A stretch of 64,000 nt of DNA from assembly GCF_009914755.1 (NCBI RefSeq), contig NC_060937.1. One strand, 5' to 3'. A model generated the notes under the pieces. The model made no database searches. It saw only the letters and a program-made list of their open reading frames with translations, and was not told the origin of the DNA. The stretch is from the human T2T-CHM13v2.0 reference genome, Homo sapiens. Position 1 is the stretch's first letter, and every line of letters begins with the position of its first letter. Shown here one piece after another: positions 58,583 to 64,000 of this stretch. The position numbers and the translations under genes are program-made.

Positions 58583-59186
58583 GTAGCTGGCCAATAATGC
58601 TGTTCTAATTGAATAACTTATCCACAGCTATTTCCCCTGGGAAAGCCGAAGGCTCAGCCTCGGCAAAGAGGCAGATGGTGCCGCATATACAATGAAACCT
58701 GTAATTTTTTCTTGCCATTGGACATGTTAACAGTGGGCTGTTTCTGCTTATTCCTTAGTATTTTATTTTAATAGTCCCTTCCCAAATTACAATGTACAAT
58801 AAAGCAGCCAAAGACGGATTCAGTGATACATATCATATTTAATTTATCATTCCTCTAGCTCACTGAACAACTCACTTGGTAGTCAGCAGCAGTATATGTC
58901 AGGGACAGGTGCAAGCTGAAAAGAAAGCAACAGAAAAGGACCCAATGAAAACCAAAAGGGGAGATGAGTCTTCAGGGTGGCATGGCATTCACTAGCAGCA
59001 AAGTGTGCAATGTCAAACACATTCTAATTCTGATTTTTTTTAACAGTAATTTGCCATGGGACAGGCACACCCCATGTGTTTGGGAAGACAATGGGAAGGT
59101 TCTGTTTTCTGCTCCAAGACTGATTCAACCAGTTGGATCTGGAAGGGGATAAAGGGCTGTGTGGCTGCTTGATTTTCATTGTCTAG

Positions 59187-59368
59187 TGGCAGCCAAAATT
59201 GGAAAAGAGAGAAGTGCAGACTTTAAAGACAAGCAGCGACAGCTCATCAGCAGTCTAACAACACGACAGATGACAGGCCCAGAGGCACACCCAGGGCCGC
59301 CAGCCCATCACCCTGTGCAGGATGTCAAAGAGCAGCTGCAGCAAAGGAAGAAGATCATCCAGACTTAA
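59187..59368 (+). pseudogene. Candidate terminal coding exon P
   Basis: Acceptor ttgattttcattgtctag; (V)AAKIGKERSADFKDKQRQLISSLTTRQMTGPEAHPGPPAHHPVQDVKEQLQQRKKIIQT*; coding-like, GC3-rich codons in AT-rich surroundings. Confidence 0.7.
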
Positions 59369-61690
59369 ATGTTTGGGCCTTGCTAAGACCATAGAGTCTT
59401 TGTGCTTTGGAAACAGTCCTCCATACAAAGACCCCTTCCTAGAAAAGAGTGGAAAGAAACCAAGGTGGAATGGATACAACAGAAAGGAGACCATGCTAAT
59501 ATTCTTGTGCAATGCTTCCTGGGCAGAAATTATGTCATAAAGGATGTTCCATTCTGCAAAGCTATGTGTCTCTCTGTGGTTTGCCTCAGAGGAGGGGCCT
59601 TTCATAGCTGTAGTGAGTAAGGGGGCCCTTGCTGATGTTCATCAGATATGCCAAGGCACAGGAAGAAAGCATTGAGGTCACAGGGCAGCTCAGGTCCGCC
59701 TGTGGTAATTGAAAACAGGTGACGAGATTGGGTTGATTTTATTTTGGAAAAGTAAATTAGTGCTGCACCACTCGGACATGGCTAATTCATGAAGCCTCTG
59801 GTTTGTATTAGACACCCAACATGCCTTTCAGAAAGAAATGACACAACAATTAATGTGTCAAATAATAATGTGCCACTCGGAGAAAGATAATTGTACCCAT
59901 CGTCAGGTAGTTATTAGGTCGAACGAATGCTCATCCTTTCAAAGGCAACAGCGTCTATTCATTCTGGCATCCTACTGTAAGTACAGTATTGTGTTCATAA
60001 TCACACAGACTGAAGCCAGGAACACTGGGTTTTATCTGATTTTTCTCCATTTGGAATTGTACTCCGATGATTCCCTAAACAGCAAACTCAGTCATGTGAA
60101 ACACAAATGAGTGTGATGAAAGACAGATTGTTATACTGCAGGAGAGGCTTTCTGTGCTTTTCACATAATATAGAGCATGAGGACTGTTCCCAAGAAGGTT
60201 TAAGCATATGTAACAAAAACTACCAGACCTGAATTTGCTCATGTGTAAATGATAGTCTTTCCTTCTGGTGATTTAATGCATGAGGACATCAATCAGTCAC
60301 ATCATGGCCTCAGAAGTCCTTGTTCAATTTCTGATGCCATAACTTACTCGATGTGGGATTTGGACAAGTCATTTAACTTCACTGCAATTCTGTTTCCCTC
60401 ATTTGAAAAATAGAAATAGAAAAGCCTGCTGTATATTTAGGTCCACATCTGTTGGGAGGTCAAAGAAGAAAGAATATGAAAAGTTGTTTGTAAATATAAA
60501 GAACCATGTAAATATAAGACATTGTTTTATTAATGCTCCAGATCAATTAACTTTCAGTGAATGATAAAATGTGACATCTTTTCAACAGAGACAGTTTTAC
60601 TTAAGAAAAACTAGGCAATGGCTTCTGTCCTTACAAATGAAAAACTTCATAATAAATGGGGGCTCTCAAGACCACCTGGCCAAAACTGAACTAAATACTC
60701 ACTTCATTCAACCAAGAATGAGGAACTGAAATACATGATTATTATATATGCATATGCTTCTGTTTCATCTACTTGGGCATGCTTGTGATGAGATATGAAA
60801 AATTAGCCATCTTTAGAAGGAAAGAAATATTGTATTTGGGGGTATTTCTTCTGTACAGACAATTGGCCTGGTTATTGTCTAAAGGTATTTAAAATTAATA
60901 AAATGCAATTTTATGCTACATAAAATACTCAAAGCAACCATATTTCAAGGTATGGCTTCTATACCTTGTCCTCCCCTGAAGATGCATTCTCAACCGATAT
61001 CTTGACTATATGGACAACAAATCGTAAAAGAAAAATGTATAGTGTGGTGTTTGACGTTGAGTAGCTTATGATAGACATTCATACCTGTAAAGAGATCTCG
61101 TTAGGGGAAACAAACTAATATATAACAAACAGATAATTAAAGTAAGCAGTACTGAGACAGAGAAGAGTTGGTGACTTAGCCTGTTGAAGATAGACACTTT
61201 GCTAATTAGGATTAAAAAATATAGGCATATCTGCTCTAATATCATATAAATATTGCCAAAAAACTCTTGTATTCTGTAAAAGAATACCTAAAAACAAACA
61301 GAGCTGACAGGCAAAATAAGATTGGCGGTGTGAGCCCCACTTGAAATCTTTTTATAATTCTATCTTGAAAGTATTATTCCATTATATCCATCTTTAGATA
61401 ATTAATTGAAGTAAATCACTAAGTCCGGTCCACTTCAAGAAGAAAGGGATTAAGAGAGAATTTGGGGGCTATCTTTGAAGCCATCACAGGCTATCTCTTA
61501 GAGGTAAAGGAGTGTTTAAGGAAGAAAAGACAACATAAATGGAGAGGCCCAAGAGCTGGTTCTCGGGATCATTAGATAATGGCAGCCACAGAGAGAGGCA
61601 GTGGCAATAATAATGAACAATCCAGCATAAGCCCTGTCCTCTCTTCCTGGAGGACAGAGAGAGGTGTTGGCAGTGGTCTTAGGTTTTAAG

Positions 61691-62284
61691 TGTGAAAATA
61701 AGTAATTCAAAATCTAAGCTGTTGGAATTATAAATTATTTTGAGCCTTAAAGGAATGTGATTACAAGGCCTGAGTTACATGGCAGGCAGCTGCAACCTAA
61801 GCAACTGTAATCTGTGTTCCTCTGATTATAGATTAGCCTTCCTCCTTACCTACACTGTTTTGTAAAATGCTGTAAATGACTAAAGGGCACCAGGGAAGCC
61901 TCCTTCCCTCTTCACCCTTGATCTCCATTATAGATTAACTTCCCTCTTACCTTTCTCACACAAAGAACTCATGGCTATCACATTGTCTTAAGATGAAATG
62001 TTAAATACACTTTTACAGTGGAAAGAACATGAAAGCCAACCCTACGGAAAAGAAAACAACCTAATTAAATTGTTGTAACTCATAAACCAGCCTTGTACAT
62101 AAAATGTTATAATCTTACTAAACTTCTTTGTTTTCTGCCTATATAAACAAGAACTTAACTTTTGTCTTTGGGGCACTGACCTCATTTATCTGAAGTCTGT
62201 GTCTCCTGGATGGCAATTCCCAGGTTTTCACTCAAATAAGCTTTAAAACTGGATTCTAATCCTTTTGATTATTTCAGGTTGACA
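61691..62284 (+). mobile_element. ERV1 solo LTR (MER4-group; MER72/LTR59-like)
   Basis: tgtgaaaataagtaattcaaaatctaagc start, ctatataaa TATA, ttcaggttgaca end, 4-bp TSD taag/gaag. Subfamily uncertain. Confidence 0.75.
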
Positions 62285-63303
62285 GAAGCAACTTGGGAGA
62301 TGGGGTGGCAGGTCAGAGTCTCTTGAATTGTTTGGTAATTCCTGGCATAATTCTAAGGTATAAGCCAGCTGCTGTTTTGTCAAGTTATTCCCTGGAAAAT
62401 GATCATTGTATTAAATACATGTACCATTTTAAAATACCAAATAATGATACGAAGGATGATTTTCTTAGGCCTGATCATCTCTTTCAGGCTTTGTGGTACT
62501 CATGCTTGCCATGAAAAACTATCCTAGAGAGTTATCCACTGTCCTGAGGTCCCTACATCATGTCTTCCTCCCAAGAATCATCCCCTATCCCCTGAGGTTT
62601 TCACATTTCCTCCTACTCCTGGGGAGATCTTTGTAATATTCTGATCTCTTATTTCACCTCCACTGATTTTTATTTCCTCCACAGTACCTTCATACATTTT
62701 CATAGGGCCATGGTCATATATATTGTATATGAGTAATTCTTGGGATAAAACCAAGTCCAGGGCCCTACCCCAGACAATTAATTCAGAATCTCTGATTATT
62801 CTAACGGGCAGCTAGAATTGAGAAACCCTAATCTCCGAAATCTCGATTTTAAGCATCCTATCCCCCAGCCATTACTTTCTACTCATTCTCATTCAAACAC
62901 CCTCAGCCCCATTTCAATTATTTTTTAACCTTATAATGACCTCTAATCCATTGACACTTTGACAATTCATCTCTCTTCTCTTGTCCTCACCTTTTATGTA
63001 CTACACTATAGTTCGACACTACATAGCCACGTCTATTCAGGGTTCATAATATCCTGGTCATTCTATTTATTACGCATGCCTCACAAAATTTCAACTTTGG
63101 TTAAATTAACTACCCACTTAGTTCATGTTGGCATTCAAGCAGCAGAATATTGCCAAGGAAAATCACACAAGTATGTAGAATGGTCTTATTTCAAATTATT
63201 ATCAAAAGTTCATATGGACCCTTGACATTGCAAGATGTCTCTCTACACTTTCCTAGTTATATAACTTTCCTGATTCTTCTAGATGATTATGATATACCAC
63301 CTC

Positions 63304-63759
63304 TATAGTGGGTTGAATGGTATCCTCCAAAATACGTCCAAGTCCGAACTCCCAGTACCTGCGAATTTGACCTTTTGGGAAAATAGGGTCTTCTTGCAGG
63401 TATAATTAAAGATCTCAGAATGAAATGATCCTGGATTTAGGGTGTGCACTATATACAATGACAGGTGACCTTATAAGAGATAGGAAAGGAAAATTGGAAA
63501 CACAGAGGCCTAGGGAAGACTGCTATGTGAAAAAGAAAACAAATTAGAGTTACGTTGCCACAAACCAAGGGATGCCAGGAGCTATCAAAGACTGGGATAG
63601 ACAAGAGATGATTCTTCCACAGAGTCTTCAGAGGGGGGCGTGGCCATTCCAACACCTTGATTTTGGACTTCTGGCTTCCAGAATTGTCACAGAATAAATT
63701 TTAGTTGCTTTTAGCCTCTCAGTTTGTGGAATTTGCTATGGTGGTAGGAAACAAATACA
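63304..63759 (+). mobile_element. MaLR solo LTR (MLT1B/C-like)
   Basis: gtgggttgaatggtatcctccaaaa start; ccttgattttggacttctggcttccagaa; aaataca end; TSD acctc/acctt. Confidence 0.85.
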
Positions 63760-64000
63760 ACCTTTCATCTCAAAACTCCAATCCCTTCCTTTTCTCTAAC
63801 TCCCCACCTTTGCCCCCACTCCCAGGATGAGTTGCATTTATTAATAAAATAGATGCAATCAGATGAAAACAATCTCTTGTTCCCACCAACCCCATATACC
63901 CACCTACATTTGTAGACCCCATCTGCCTTTTCTTGCTTTGGGGTTCCTCTTCTGTCAAAGGACCCCTGTCCACTAATTTTTTTTATTCAGTTATTATTGG

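Overview
This is AT-rich, repeat-dense primate genomic DNA, most likely human: it carries an AluYd8-type Alu and an L1PA2-type LINE-1. There is no intact host protein-coding gene, no rRNA, tRNA or CRISPR array, and no CpG-island promoter. A large part of the window is transposon-derived: about 12 Alus, old L1M/L2/MIR pieces, MaLR/ERVL/ERV1 solo LTRs, Tigger/MER DNA elements and one full-length disabled L1PA2 (40295-46240). Almost all ORFs in the track are spurious or Alu/L1-derived. Two things stand out. (1) About 16 small, AG/GT-bounded, mostly phase-compatible segments on the + strand from 7.5 to 59.4 kb splice into one protein-like reading interrupted by stop codons. This looks like an unprocessed, possibly unitary, pseudogene that I cannot name; its 3' exons also carry a fully open shifted frame of about 123 codons. 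(2) The L1PA2 target-site duplication closes about 720 bp beyond the L1 tail, which indicates a 3' transduction. Repeat subfamily calls come from recalled consensus features, not from a RepeatMasker run.
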